The notes under the pieces: generated by a model
Seen by the model: the letters and a program-made list of their open reading frames with translations, nothing else
What the model was told of the DNA's origin: nothing
Databases searched by the model: none
Made by a program: the position numbers and the translations under genes
DNA from: Felis catus
Taxonomy: Eukaryota
Length of the DNA stretch: 64,000 nucleotides
Assembly (NCBI RefSeq): GCF_018350175.1
Contig: NC_058368.1
Location: forward strand, 175,586,001-175,650,000
Direction of reading: 5' to 3'
Shown: in pieces, positions 36,280 to 48,060 of the stretch
How positions within the stretch are numbered: the stretch's first letter is position 1
How the letters are laid out: each line of letters starts with the position of its first letter

Positions 36280-36595
36280 AGCGTGTGAACCCTTTGACCA
36301 CAACTTGGCAGTGAGTTGCGAGAGCTATTGGAAAAGGTTCATACCCTTTGACCTAGAATTGATCCGACGGGAGTAATTCCTGAAAGGAAAAATCTTTCAC
36401 ATGCGTGTTCATGGTGCTGATATCACTAATAGCTTAACTGGTAACCTTGAAACCAAGGGGCAGGGGAGAGGTTAAGGAAAGTACAGCACGCAGAAGCGGT
36501 GTAATATTATGCAGTCACTACAAATGATGGGAAGATTATGTAGCAACATCCCAAGGGCTTGTCATTTGATGTTCAGTCTAAAAAGGCAGAACCCC
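36280..36595 (+). mobile_element. old L1ME-type 3' fragment
   Basis: TTCATACCCTTTGACCTAG and AATATTATGCAGTCACTA motifs typical of old L1 3' ends. Confidence 0.6.
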
Positions 36596-36869
36596 AGCCT
36601 GTCTCTCTCCAGGTTCTCTCAGACCCGCCGTGGTCTGTGTTAACCAAATCTTTACCAGCCTGGTGCTTCCTTCCCACCTTTCCGTCCGGCTCGGCCCCGG
36701 CCTTATCCTTGCCAGCACAGAGATGGTGTCACTGTTGCCCGCATGTTCGTGTCTGGCTCTGGATGACGCATTTTTTGGAGGACGGGCACTCTGTTTTCTC
36801 TCTCCCTGCTGCCCGGCACTGAGTCCACGCTTTCAAAAAATGTTCATTGAGTTAAAGAGTCAAGGGCAA

Positions 36870-37100
36870 TCGTTTTGGATGCTGTTTATCGAGCACCTCC
36901 TATGCAGCCGTCTTTGCGATTGGCATCTCCCATATGCTATTTCACGTGATTTTGTATTGAAATAATCTTATGATGTTGATAGTGTTGTTATTCCGTTTGT
37001 ACAGATGGGAAATGGGCTCAGGGAAGTGGTCGCATACCCAAGGCCACGCACTTGGTGAAGAGGGAGAGACAGGATTTGAATTCTAGCTCTGCCTGACATT
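36870..37100 (-). mobile_element. MIR
   Basis: TTTATCGAGCACCTCCTATG..TACAGATGGGAAATGGGCTCAGGGAAG..CAGGATTTGAA. Confidence 0.8.
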
Positions 37101-37123
37101 CAAGCCGGTGTTCTGTTTACTTC

Positions 37124-37167
37124 AGTGTGTGTGTGTGTGTGTGTGTGTGTGCACGCGCGTGTGCACG
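37124..37167. repeat. (GT)n ending in GCACGCGCGTGTGCAC
   Basis: Alternating purine-pyrimidine tract. Confidence 0.92.
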
Positions 37168-37625
37168 CCGACCAATGACTATGTAGATAAATAGGAAGAA
37201 AGCGTGGAAAACATAGAAAATGGATGACCTGTGGGACGGGTGAGTAGTAAGATGGTGGGCGATTTTTCTCTTGTTTCGTATATAATTGCTTGGAATGATA
37301 GGTTGAGCTGAGAAGAGAAGAATTCACCCAGGTTCCAGGTCCTCCCGGAGCTGAGTCCCAGTACCCCGAGTATCTTAAAGTGAAAAAAGCTCTGTTGGTC
37401 AGTTAACTCCTTTTCCGGTTACTTCCCAGGGCCCAGGGGACATTCTGTTCCAGAGAGACAGTCATGTGCAAGTCCTGGGCCCCGGGCTCAGTGCCAGGAG
37501 CAAGCCTGGTCCACCTGGCCCATGGTACGGGGGCAAGTATGGGCCAGGTGTTTGCTCACCATTTCTGCCACTCTGCTCACTGCCTCTGGGGCAAGAAGGT
37601 GTTCCGGGGTGCAGCTCATCACAGG

Positions 37626-37629
37626 TGTG

Positions 37630-37668
<39 letters not shown>
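37626..37668. repeat. (GT)n microsatellite
   Basis: Direct reading. Confidence 0.95.
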
Positions 37669-37670
<2 letters not shown>

Positions 37671-38569
37671 TGGGAGGAGGCAGGGGCATGTGGACGGTGC
37701 ATTCACAGCCTCCATATCCGTGCAGGCCCTAAGATTTAGCAGGCTGATGTTATCTCTAACCGAGTTGAGGTACAAGTCAAAGAAGATATTCATCACGCGG
37801 TTTTAAGCTTGCATCTCATTACTGTGCCAGTCTGCCTCTGTGTTACGAATTAATATTTTTAATAAATCCTGCAATTATCTTCTGGATGGCATAATTATCT
37901 TGCCGTGTGATCTTTTTTTTTTCGGTGTTGAAACCATGAATTTGATGAAGGCGACTGTTTAAAAAATACGTCCGTTTTCCTAACTTTTGTTTAAGCGTGT
38001 CTTCACTTGTAAAAAATGTGCTCAAAAATACTAAAAAAAAAAAAAAATTGAAGTTGTGCAGGTCCCTTTTATTCCCCGAGAGATCCAAGCCCCTGGTGAG
38101 CTTGTATGGGATAGAGAGGAACTCATAGCTCTTAGCTCTTCTGGAGTGTTCAATGTGCTTTCAATCCTTCATATTGAAAATAAAGGAATAAATGGGGGAA
38201 AGCAGAAAATAAGATCTAAAACGCCAAAATCTCAGCTTTTAAAAGGGCAGTGGCGATCAAACCCATCCATTTATATCTGCTTCTTTCTCAAACGCCGCGA
38301 AAACAACAAAGGAATTTTAAAAATATAAGTTTACAAGCACAAAGAGAACAGAAGCGTGGAGGTGCCAATTAATGTCTTTGAAAGCAGACGGGTGAATAGT
38401 GACCAGTTTTGCCGACAAGAGAGAGCTTTAACCGAAGCCTACAAGGGAAGAGCCACAGGCCCCCAGCCCATCTTTGGAATTGGAGGCCCTGGGTACCTCG
38501 GAGGTTGGATGACGAGTGGAGCTAAGAACAGTAGGGATGGTTGAAGAAGCAGGAAGACAGCGAGACCCA

Positions 38570-38700
38570 TCCCCGCCACCATCACTGCCGCCACAGCCGC
38601 CACCAACATCAGCACGGTTTCTGCCATCACCGCCCGTTACCGTCGTCACCAATATCATTGCCATCTATCACTATCACGGCTGTCACTACCACCACTCTCC
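38570..38700. repeat. degenerate (CAC/CAT/CGC)n trinucleotide low-complexity tract
   Basis: ccgccaccatcactgccgccacagccgccaccaacatc...cactaccaccac. Confidence 0.75.
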
Positions 38701-39772
38701 CCCTCAACCAGTGAGCCCAGACAAACGTCTCTCCTCCAATGCAACAAAGCCTGGACGCTTTCTCGGGTAGAAGACGAGATGGAGAGACGCAATCACCGCT
38801 CAAAATCGGGGCAAAGACTTTATTTTATGAGGATATTGGGAAAAAAAAAAAAGTCTCCCTATTGAATCCAGAGAATCTGAACGAGGTGCCAGGCTGATAA
38901 TCCCCAGGCGGGAGACTGAAGGACACCATGCCAGGGAAACTGACCAGCCGAAGGACAAAACAAAGTCACCGCTTCTTTACATAGTAGTGAAACTCACCAA
39001 CTAGACAACGCAACAGTCTATCTCTGGAACAAACCAAGTAGGAAAGAGGGGACCCACGGGTAACGGAGATGATGTGGAAGCATCTGTCGTCTGCCATGGA
39101 ACACTGCCAAAGAACGACAAGAAAAACAACACTAATGATTTTCTCAGAAAGAGAGGAGTTACATCTCAAAGATGGAGGCTATAAAAATGAAAGTGCAGAG
39201 AGTAAGAAAGATCCCTTCTGAAAGGAGAGAAGTAGGCCAAGGGGCTCGAAAGGCCTAGGCCCCCCAGAGTCTAGGGAGGGCAACACACGGAAACCAAGCA
39301 ACAAGCCATGAGCAGCAAGGCACCTCAGTCCTGCCAATCTGTGGCCAAGATACATCTGCAAACTGGTGGGTCTGGCTGCCCAGTTAGGTCCTGGTATTTG
39401 TTGCTCATTTAATCTCCACAACAGTCCTGCTAAGTGTGAATTATTATGCTCATTTTCATAAACAGGATCTCAAACAAACATGGCAGTAGGTCAAAAACCT
39501 ATGAAATGGCTTCATAGGTCATTGTGCTTTCCATGGCTCAATCCCATACATGGTCTAAGGTCACACTGCAACTTTTTTTGGCCAAAGGTATGGAGTGTTG
39601 AAAGATAAGACATCATCATCTGGGGTCTCAAATGTGGTAATTTTTCACATGTCATCTCTGGGTCTAAAAGGAAAAAGAGTATGTATTTTCGTAGTGGTTT
39701 GCTGAAGGGCTCTTTCCTAGTTTGGCTCTGGTCGATCTGCAGCAAATCCATAGTGTTAATAGTGAGTGAGTC

Positions 39773-39799
39773 TGTGTGTGTGTGTGTGTGTGTGTGTGT
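39773..39799. repeat. (TG)n microsatellite
   Basis: Direct reading. Confidence 0.95.
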
Positions 39800-41607
39800 C
39801 TGTGGTTTAGATGAAGAGATGAAATTAGTGTTCCCCCCTCTCCGAGTCACAAGGAGGCTGAGTGTACATGTTAATGGGAGTGTGGGTTGGGGCAGAAAAC
39901 TCATTGCTGGATCTTTACGTCTGGGTGAATCTGTAGCAGGTGCAACTCTTGATAGAAAAAGCACAGGTCCTTAGGTTCCAGGCACCGACCAAGGAACCTC
40001 ATTTTTTCTTATGACTGCCCTTGTAAACAGCTGGCCGGACTCTCTTCTCCCTGCCACTTTGGATGAAACCTTGGAGGGGTGGAAACTCAGCCATCATTTC
40101 TTTGGTCACTCATCTTACATAATAACAGATCCTCCCCAGACACTTAGAGTCCCGAGAATACTCTCATTTCCATAATTAAAATTTCCAGTCTGGGGAATTG
40201 AAGAAACTCCAAATTTTATTTAAAGTAAAGGCATGTCCGCTCGCCCAATCAGGGCCTCCTGAGGGATGGGGAGGCCACTGCCTAGGCTTCCTCTGGCTCC
40301 TTCAAGAGAAATAGAGAGTGGGGCAGGGGAGACCTGATCTCCCTGGCACCCCTGGTCCCTCGCTTTGGTTTCCTCTGGCTTGGGCGGAGGTTTTAAACCT
40401 ACTTTTTCTCTCCTGGGTACTCTGTAGGTTCTTGGAAACCCTTATCACTGGGTGGGTCTCCCAACTGCAATTCCTGGGAGGCGGGGACTATCTCTGTTGA
40501 CCGGTGTACTAGCCGCCTTATCCACTGTAGACTCGTCGTTGGGGTCATTACACCTGGGTGGCCTTTTTGGATAAAGTCTCCAGCCAGCTGTCTCTTCTGC
40601 ATGGTCCACATGGCCGCAAAAAGTACTCATGCATTCTCTGCCCTCGAAAACACTGGAGTGCTGGCCATTCCCAGCTTAGAACCCTCCTCATCCCTCTCCT
40701 CGGTCCAGCCTCCTCTTGCCTGTAGACTTCTCCAATGGGGTGGGGAGGCCAACACCAACCCCATGCGTTCCCCCAAACTCCAGGGACATAGGCTAAGCTC
40801 TTCTCGGATCCCTAGCCACATCTCTTCCTTAAGACGAGAAGGAAAGCACTCCCATCTCTTGCCTTGAGGTGAGGCCAAGAGAAAATGCCAGAGCATTCCA
40901 GCAATTTTTCCCAGGAATGCCTTTCCCCTCTACGTCTTCAACCTCAACACCTTGACACCCTCAAGTGCATAGGGGGCGCCGGGTTGAAAAGCTAGATTTT
41001 CCTCCCCCCCGCTTAGTAAGTCCTGCATAGGTGGAGATGGCTCTTCACTTGGCAACGGGCAGGGGATGTGCCCCCTATTGTTTATTTTCAGCTTCTTAGG
41101 ACCTCTGTGAAATTATCACCGAAGGGTCCCACGTTGCTTATCATTAGGTAAATGTGCTACATACACAGATATGTGCTTGGTAGGTATCACTGAAGAAGAC
41201 ACTCGTCTATGGGTCCATTTGGGCCTAAGGAGTCTATGCAGGGCTGGGATATATGTACATAGATACACACCTATGTGTGTGGTGTGTGGAAATGATCTCT
41301 GTAGATATACGTATTGTGTGTGCATGCACGCACTTGTGAAGCATATGCTTGGGCTGTTGGTGCAGGTACAGATATCAAACCATCAGTTATCCCCATGGCG
41401 CCCCTTGCTCCAGTACACAAGACTCCTTCCAGAACTTTGAAGACCCCTCTGGTAAGTCAAGGGAAGCAAAAAAAGCCTGAGTCCGCAGTGGGTCCTCCCC
41501 AGCCTGGGAAGCATGACATACCCTTGTTATAGCCACATAATGAAATAAGTAGCAGGCACGCTGAGAGGGAACGTGATCACAGCCACCCTTAAGTAGAGCA
41601 AGGTACT

Positions 41608-41830
41608 GGGGCGCCTGGGGGGCTCAGTTGGTTGAGCGGCTGACTTTGGCTCCGGTCATGATTCCGCGGTCCGTGAGTTCGAGCCCCGGGTCGGGCTCTG
41701 TGCTGACCGCTCGGAGCCTGCAGCCTGCTTCACATTCTGTGTCTCCCTCTCTCTCTGCCCCTCCCCACTTGCACTCTGTCTCTGTCAAAAATGGATTAAC
41801 GTTAAAACAAAACAAAACAAAACAAAAAAA
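41608..41830 (+). mobile_element. CAN-SINE with (AAAAC)n tail
   Basis: GGGGCGCCTGGGGGGCTCAG head; TSD aagtagagcaaggtact / acgtagagcaaggtatt. Confidence 0.96.
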
Positions 41831-42125
41831 ACGTAGAGCAAGGTATTGGTCTTCTTTCTCCCTAGTGAAGAGACTTAGAACAATGATTTGATTTGCTTTA
41901 AAGCAAAAGGCCTTTCCCCTGGTTCTGCTTCTTAAGCTGAAGTCAAGGGGGCGAGAGGGAGAGATTCTTGCAAAGATTATCACATTTGTGAATCGAGGTT
42001 ATATCCCCTTCATCTTTGCACATGAGCCACATGAGCAGCCCATGTGAGTCTTAAGTACCTGCCATGTGACACTCATTCTCATGCCCGTGGTGTCACGGGA
42101 CAGTTGCGGGATTGCACCGAGGTCA

Positions 42126-42150
42126 GTGTGTGTGTGTGTGTGTGTGTGTG
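42126..42150. repeat. (GT)n microsatellite
   Basis: Direct reading. Confidence 0.95.
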
Positions 42151-42789
42151 CATGTGAATGTGTGTTCAGCCCTCTGTGAGGGCAATTGGATGTGTGAATG
42201 AACGCCGCTGGATATGTCTTTCTGGAGCGTCAGGGGCTCATTTCCATGGCAATGGAGAGAGAAAGCCAGAGAATCAGGGAAATACTGCCAGATGCCATAG
42301 CCGGGGCAGCCTTGCCACAGCGGACAGGAAGGAAAACTCCCAGCCTAAGTGGGGAGGGGGTAGGGAGGTTTGTGCTCTGCTTGTAAAGAATTTGCTGTTC
42401 ATTCTGCTGTGTGCGCCCAGCAAAGCCAGCCTCCCGGGGATGAGCATTTGCATCTCTACGGCCCTTTCCCCAGAGGATCCAGGAGTCCATCCTGGTACCC
42501 TGGGCAAACAGCATCCCTCTTAGTAAAGACACCAGCTGGAGGGGCCGGCTCTGAGACAGGGGCTTGAGGCAGTCAGTGCAGAAATGGGGAAAAGACGCAG
42601 TAAGTCTCAGTCTCCAGTTTGGGCTGGGGCCACGGGGTTACCCAGTTAAGTTTACCCAGAGCAGTTGGTTTTGAGGCGATTAAGACAGTGATGCTCTTTC
42701 TTCTAGGAAAGACACAGCACAGTGCATCTCAACCATTTAGAGACTCTTACAGCTCAAGAACCCCTGCAGATGCCGGCCTCTTTACAGAT

Positions 42790-43391
42790 GAGTACACTGA
42801 GCCCATTGATTCATGCACTGGGCACATATTTGCTACAGACCTACGTATGCTTGAGACGGGCTCTGGGAAGACAGCAGTGCGGGAGTCAGGCAGGATCCCC
42901 ACGTTGACAGAGCTGACATTTCAGGGGGACTGTTAACAATGAACGAGATTAATCAGTGAGACACAGAACACGTCCAACGGTGATAGACGCTACGGAGAAA
43001 AATACAGCAAGGTAAAGGGCAGAGCGGGAGGTGGGCAATTGGTGGAGAAGGAGGCAGAAAGGTCTTGTTGATAAGAAGACAAGTGAGTAGAGATCTGAGA
43101 AAATGGAGGGGGCGCGCCGTAGAGACAGCAGCAGCAAGAGGGCTCTGAACAGGACAAGTGCAAGTGCAAAGGCCCTGCAGCAGAGACCCGCGAAGCTGCT
43201 CAAAGAACTGCAGGAAGGCCACCGAGGCTGGAGCGGAGTGGACCAGTGGGAAGGCGGTAGGAGCTGAGGTCGCAGAGATGACAGCACCAGATTATGGGGG
43301 CCCTCAAGTCCTCTGTAAGGACTTTGCTTTCACCCTGAGTGAAAGGAGATGTCATTGAGGGTTTTGATGGCAGAAAAGACGTGATCTTATG
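42790..43391 (-). mobile_element. L2 fragment, left half (split by L1)
   Basis: GAGCTGACATT, TGCAAAGGCCCTG, TGTAAGGACTTTGCTTTCACCCTGAGTGAAAGG..CATTGAGGGTTTTGA..GTGATC match antisense L2. Confidence 0.85.
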
Positions 43392-44168
43392 TATATATAT
43401 ATTTTTTTCTTTTTTAAATTTTATTGGTAAAATACAGGCCACATTAAATTTACCATCTTAGCCATTTTTAAGTGTAGAGTTTAGTCAGTAGAAATGCATT
43501 CGTGATGTTATACAACTGTCTCTACCATTCATCTCCATAACGCTTTTCATTTGTAAAAATGGAGACGCTTATACGCGTTAACCAACTTCCTATCCTTTTC
43601 ATCCCCTGGCGGCCGCCGCTCTACTTCCGGTCACCAGGATTTTGACAACTGTACCCCACGTACGTGAGATCATACCGTGTTTGCCTTTCTGTGGCTGGCT
43701 GATTTCCTTCAGCATAATGTCCGCTAGTCTCACCCATGTTGCAACATGTCGCAGAATTTCTTTCCTTCCTAAAACTGAGTCATATTCCACGGTGCGGACG
43801 TACCCCGGTTGGCTTACCTAAGTGTCAGGGGACCTTTGTGTTGCTCCCACATTCTAGCGATTGTGAATAACGCTGCTAGGAACACGGGCGTACGAATATC
43901 TGAGAGCCTGCTTTCAATCCTTTTGGGTATATACCCAGAAGTGGAATTGTCAGATCATATGGTAATTCTATTTATAATTTTTTGAGGAACTGCCATGCTG
44001 TTTTCCACAGCGGCTGTCCCACTTTGCCTTTCCACCAACAGTGTACAAAGGTTCCGATATCTCTACTTCCTCACCCACACTTGTTTTCTGGGGTTTTGTT
44101 TTTTGAATGTTCAGAGATGTTTACAAATAGTAGCCACCCGAGTGAGCATGAGGTGGTATCTAATGGTA

Positions 44169-44386
44169 TTTTTTTTTAATGTTTATTCATTTTCGAAAGC
44201 GAGCGAGCGAGCGAGAGAGAGACAGAGAGAGAAGCAGAGAGCAAGGGAGAGAGAGAGAATCCCAAGCAGGCTCTGTGCTGACAGCACAGAGCCCTGCATG
44301 GGGCCCAAAGCCAAGAACCACGAGGTCATGACCTGAGCCGAAATCAAGAGTCAGACGCTCAACGAACTGAGCCGCTCGGGTGCCCC
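44169..44386 (-). mobile_element. older CAN-SINE nested in L1
   Basis: PolyT, GA-rich body, ...GAGGTCATGACCTGAGCCGAAATCAAGAGTCAGACGCTCAAC...GGTGCCCC. Confidence 0.93.
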
Positions 44387-44425
44387 TTGGATTATATTTT
44401 TGATCTGCGTTTCCCTAATGATTAG

Positions 44426-44560
44426 TGTCTTAGTTCATTCAGGCTGTTATAGCAAAATACCTCAGAACATGAAAGGCCCCGCCCACTAATACCATCATTT
44501 GGGGAGTTAGAATTTTGGCATATGAATGGGGGTGGGGGCACGGCCACTCAGACCATAGCA
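44426..44560 (-). mobile_element. MLT1A-type LTR, internally deleted, nested in L1
   Basis: Both termini present (TGTCTTAGTTCATTCAGGCTGTTATAGCAAAATACC and AAAGGCCCC...CAGACCATAGCA) but only 135 bp long. Confidence 0.8.
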
Positions 44561-45954
44561 TGAGTGATGTCGAGCATCTTTTCACGGGCTTATTGACCAC
44601 TTTTGCATCTTCTTTCGAGAAATGGCTATTTAAGCCCTTTGCTCATTTTTCAACCAGGTCGGTTTTTCTGTTGAGTTGTAGGAGTCCTGTATATATTTTG
44701 GATACAAATCCCTTATCAGATGTATGATTTGCAGATGTGCTCTCCTATTCTGTGGGTTGCCTTTTTGCTTTGTTAATAGTGTCTTCTTTCTGATGCAAAA
44801 AGAAAAAAAAATTAAGTTTTCATGAATTCACTTGGTCCATTTTTCATTTGTTACCTCTGCTTTTGGTGTCATAGCCAAGAAATCATTGCCAAGTCCAATG
44901 TTGGGAAGGCTTGTCCTGTGTTTTCTTCTAAGAGCTTTATTGTTTGGAATCTCACATTTAGGTCTTTGATCCACTTTGAGTGAATTTTTGTATATGGCGT
45001 TAGGTGTTTAAGGGTCCTTCTGCATGTAGATATCCAGTTTTCTTGGATATTTGTTGAAAAGACTGTCCTTTTCCCCTTGAACAGCCTTGGCACCCTTGTC
45101 AAAAATCATCTGACCATATACGTGAGGGTTTATTTCTGGGCTCTCCATGCTATTCCATTGGTCTGTATGCCTGTCTTTGGGCCGATGCCACACTGTTTTG
45201 ATGACTAGCTTTGTAGTTACTTTTGAGGTTAGTAAGTGTGAGTCCTTCAGCTTTGTTTTTCTATTTCAAGATTGTGCTATTCAGTGTCTCTGGAGATTCC
45301 ACATGAATTTTAGGATAGATTTTTCTATTTCTGCAAAAAAAAAAAAAAGGTCATTGGGATTTTAAGAGGGATTGCATTGAATCTGCAAATCATTTCTGGT
45401 TATATTAACAGTTTAATAATATTAAGGCTTCTAATCTAGGAACATGGGAAGGATTTCCATTTTATTTATGTTTCCTTTAGTTTCTTTCGGCAATGCTTTG
45501 TAGTTTTTATTGGACATGTCTTTTACGTCCTTGGTTAAATTAATTCTGGCATATTCTATTCTTTTTGATGCTACTGTCAATGGAGTCATTTTTGTAATTT
45601 CCTCTTCAGATTGTTGATTTGTTAGCCTACAACAATGCAACCGAACTTTGTGTGTTGACTTTGTACCCTGCTACTTTTTTGAATTCGTTTATTAGCTTTG
45701 ACAGTTCTTTTTGGGGATTCTTTGTAGTCTTCTACATGTGAGCCCTATCAGCTGCAAACAGATAATTTTACTTTTTCCTTTCTAATTTGGATACCTTTTA
45801 TTTCGTTTTCTTGCTTAATTACTCTGGCTAGAACTTCCAGTACATTTATAGAAATGGCAAAAGCAGGCATCCTTGCCTGGTTCCTGATCTCAGAGGAAAA
45901 GCCTTCAGGCTTCTACCACTGAGTAGGATATTCACTTTTGGCTTCTCATATTTC

Positions 45955-46800
45955 CCTACTTACATTTTTAAATCACTCTGGTTGCTGTTTTGGGGATTAA
46001 ATTATTGAGAGGGAGGGGTTCAAGATAGAAGCAGGAAGACCACTCACAGGCAATGGCAATAATCCAGGCAAGGAGTGTTGAAGCTTGAAGCAAGAAGGTA
46101 GCAGTGGAAGAAAGTGGGTAGTTTCTAGATATATTCTGAAGGCTGAACAGATGGGGTTTACTGACAGATTGCATGTGGAACATGAGAGAAAGAGAAAAGT
46201 TAAGGATGACTTCAACATTTTTGGTCTGAAGAATTGGAAGTGGACTTTCCATTTACTAAGATAGAAGGTTTATTTTAGGTATATTAAATTGGATCTCTCT
46301 TATTTGTTTACCAATATGTTGAGTGAAATGTTTATAAGGAGGCATCAAGTAGGGAGGGGATATGGGAGTCTGGATTTCACGGGAGAGGTCCACGGTGGAG
46401 ACAGAAATTTAGGAGTCACTGTGTATGTGGTATTTGAAGCCACAAGTTTGGCCGAAGTTATCTAGGGAGTGAGTGTAGAGAGGAGAGAGAGAAGAGAAGA
46501 GAAGAGAAGAAAGGGAAAGGAAGGGAGGGAAGGGGAGGGGAGGAGAGGAGAGGAGAGAGGAGGAGAGGAGAGGAGAGAGGAGGAGAGGAGAGGAGAGAGG
46601 AGAGAAGCCATCACTGGGTTCTGGATACATCAGCACTGAGAGGTCAGGGAGATAAGGGGAAACCAGCAAAGGAGACTAAGACATTAAGTGGCATCCCTGA
46701 AGCCAGGTGAAGAAAAGGTTTCAGGAAGGAAAGAATGAACAACTCTGACAATAGTTGACTGTGATAGTCAAAATGGGACCATTGGTTTTCGCAATGGAGG
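45955..46800 (-). mobile_element. L2 fragment, right half
   Basis: Resumes TACATTTTTAAATCACTCTGGTTGCTG; GATGACTTCAACATTTTTGGTCTGA; GTATTTGAAGCCACAAG. Confidence 0.85.
46478..46606. repeat. (GGAGA)n/(GAAGA)n polypurine repeat
   Basis: About 130 bp of pure purines inside the L2. Confidence 0.97.
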
Positions 46801-47109
46801 AAGCCATCCCAGGGTTAGGGAGGGGACCTCACTGAGAAGGGGGACGACCAAAAAGATCTCCAAATGCAAGTCCTCTTGTGATGAGTAAGAGTTACTTACT
46901 CTTCAAGTATTTGCTTCACTCATTCAAGCACTTGTGATAATAAAAGCAGAGATAGCATTTATTAAGTACCTACCGTGCGCCAAGCACTGAGTTTTACATG
47001 AATAGCTCATGCAATACTCATTTCCACCTAAGAGATCAGTACAGTTGCTATTCCCATTTATGTTGGAGTCCGGGTGGTAACTTAGCCCTGTCTCCTCAGA
47101 AGCCTGAAG

Positions 47110-47111
<2 letters not shown>

Positions 47112-47149
<38 letters not shown>
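47112..47149. repeat. (GT)n microsatellite
   Basis: Direct reading. Confidence 0.95.
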
Positions 47150-47152
<3 letters not shown>

Positions 47153-47172
47153 ATTAAAAACACATAACATGG

Positions 47173-47400
47173 GGGGCACCTGGGTGGCTCAGTCGGTTAA
47201 GCGTCCAACTTCGGCTCAGGTCATGATCTCACAGTTTGTGAGTTCGAGCCCCGCATTGGGCTCTGTGCTGACAGCTCGGAGCCTGGAGCCTACTTCAGAC
47301 TCTGTGTCTCCCCCTCTCTCTACCCCTCCCCCACCTCCCCCTCCCTCTCTGTGTCTCTCTGTCTCTCAATAATAAATAAACGTTAAAAAAAATTAAAAAG
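47173..47400 (+). mobile_element. CAN-SINE (5' unit of tandem pair)
   Basis: GGGGCACCTGGGTGGCTCAGTCGG head; TSD aaaacacataacatgg at 47157-47172 and 47401-47416. Confidence 0.96.
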
Positions 47401-47414
47401 AAAACACATAACAT

Positions 47415-47543
47415 GGGGTACCTGGGTGGCTCCATTGGTTAAGCATCTGACTCTTGATTTCAGCTCAGGTCACAATCGCATGGTTCCTGAGTTTCAGCCC
47501 TGCATCGGGCTCCGTGCTGACAGCATGGAACCTGCTTGGGATT

Positions 47544-47580
<37 letters not shown>

Positions 47581-47628
47581 CCTCCCCCACTCGTTCTCTC
47601 TCTCAAAATAAGTAAATAAACTTAAAAA
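47415..47628 (+). mobile_element. older CAN-SINE (3' unit of tandem pair)
   Basis: GGGGTACCTGGGTGGCTCC head, long (CT)n, AAATAAACTTAAAAA tail. Confidence 0.94.
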
Positions 47629-47629
47629 G

Positions 47630-48060
47630 TTGTTAAGTATATATGTTAAGTATATTCACACTGTGGTGCAATAGATACCCAGAACCTTTTCATCCCATAA
47701 AACTGCAACTCTGTAGCCATTAAACAATTCCCCATTTCCCCCTTCCCTGAGCTTTTGGAAACCATCATTCTACTTTCTGTTTCTATGAATTTGACTACTT
47801 TGGCTACCTCATATACCTCAAATGGAATCATACAGTATTTGACCTGTGACTGGCTTATTAGCATAACGTCCTCAAGGTTCATCCATGTTAGCAATGTGTC
47901 AGAATTTCCTTCTCTTTTAGGCAGAATAATATCTCATGTACATACATTTTGGTTGCTCCCACCTCATGGCCTTTGCAAATAATGTAGCTATGAACTTGAA
48001 TGTGCAAATAGCCCTTCAAGATCCTGTTTTGGATTATTTTGTATCTATACCTGAAGTCCA
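47630..48060 (-). mobile_element. L1MB/L1MA-type 3' UTR fragment
   Basis: Aligns by eye to 43490-43950 (ACCATCATTCTACTTTCTG, GGAATCATACAGTATTTG); its extreme 3' end (TAAAAACACATAACAT) lies at ~47150, split off by two SINEs. Confidence 0.88.

Larger units (their letters stand above)
43392..45950 (-). mobile_element. L1MB-type 3' portion (decayed ORF2 plus 3' UTR), interrupted by a SINE and an MLT1A
   Basis: Minus-strand peptides [27 protein letters not shown] and [28 protein letters not shown] resemble L1 ORF2; polyT at 43402-43415; frameshifts and stops. Confidence 0.93.

Noticed and set aside
38880..39350. A-rich stretch with a ~60-codon open frame, possible pseudogene
   Set aside because: No recognisable protein; may be an ancient repeat relic; cannot classify without a search.
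44869..45640. L1 ORF2-like peptides as a functional CDS
   Set aside because: Fragmented by frameshifts and stops and 5'-truncated; a dead L1.
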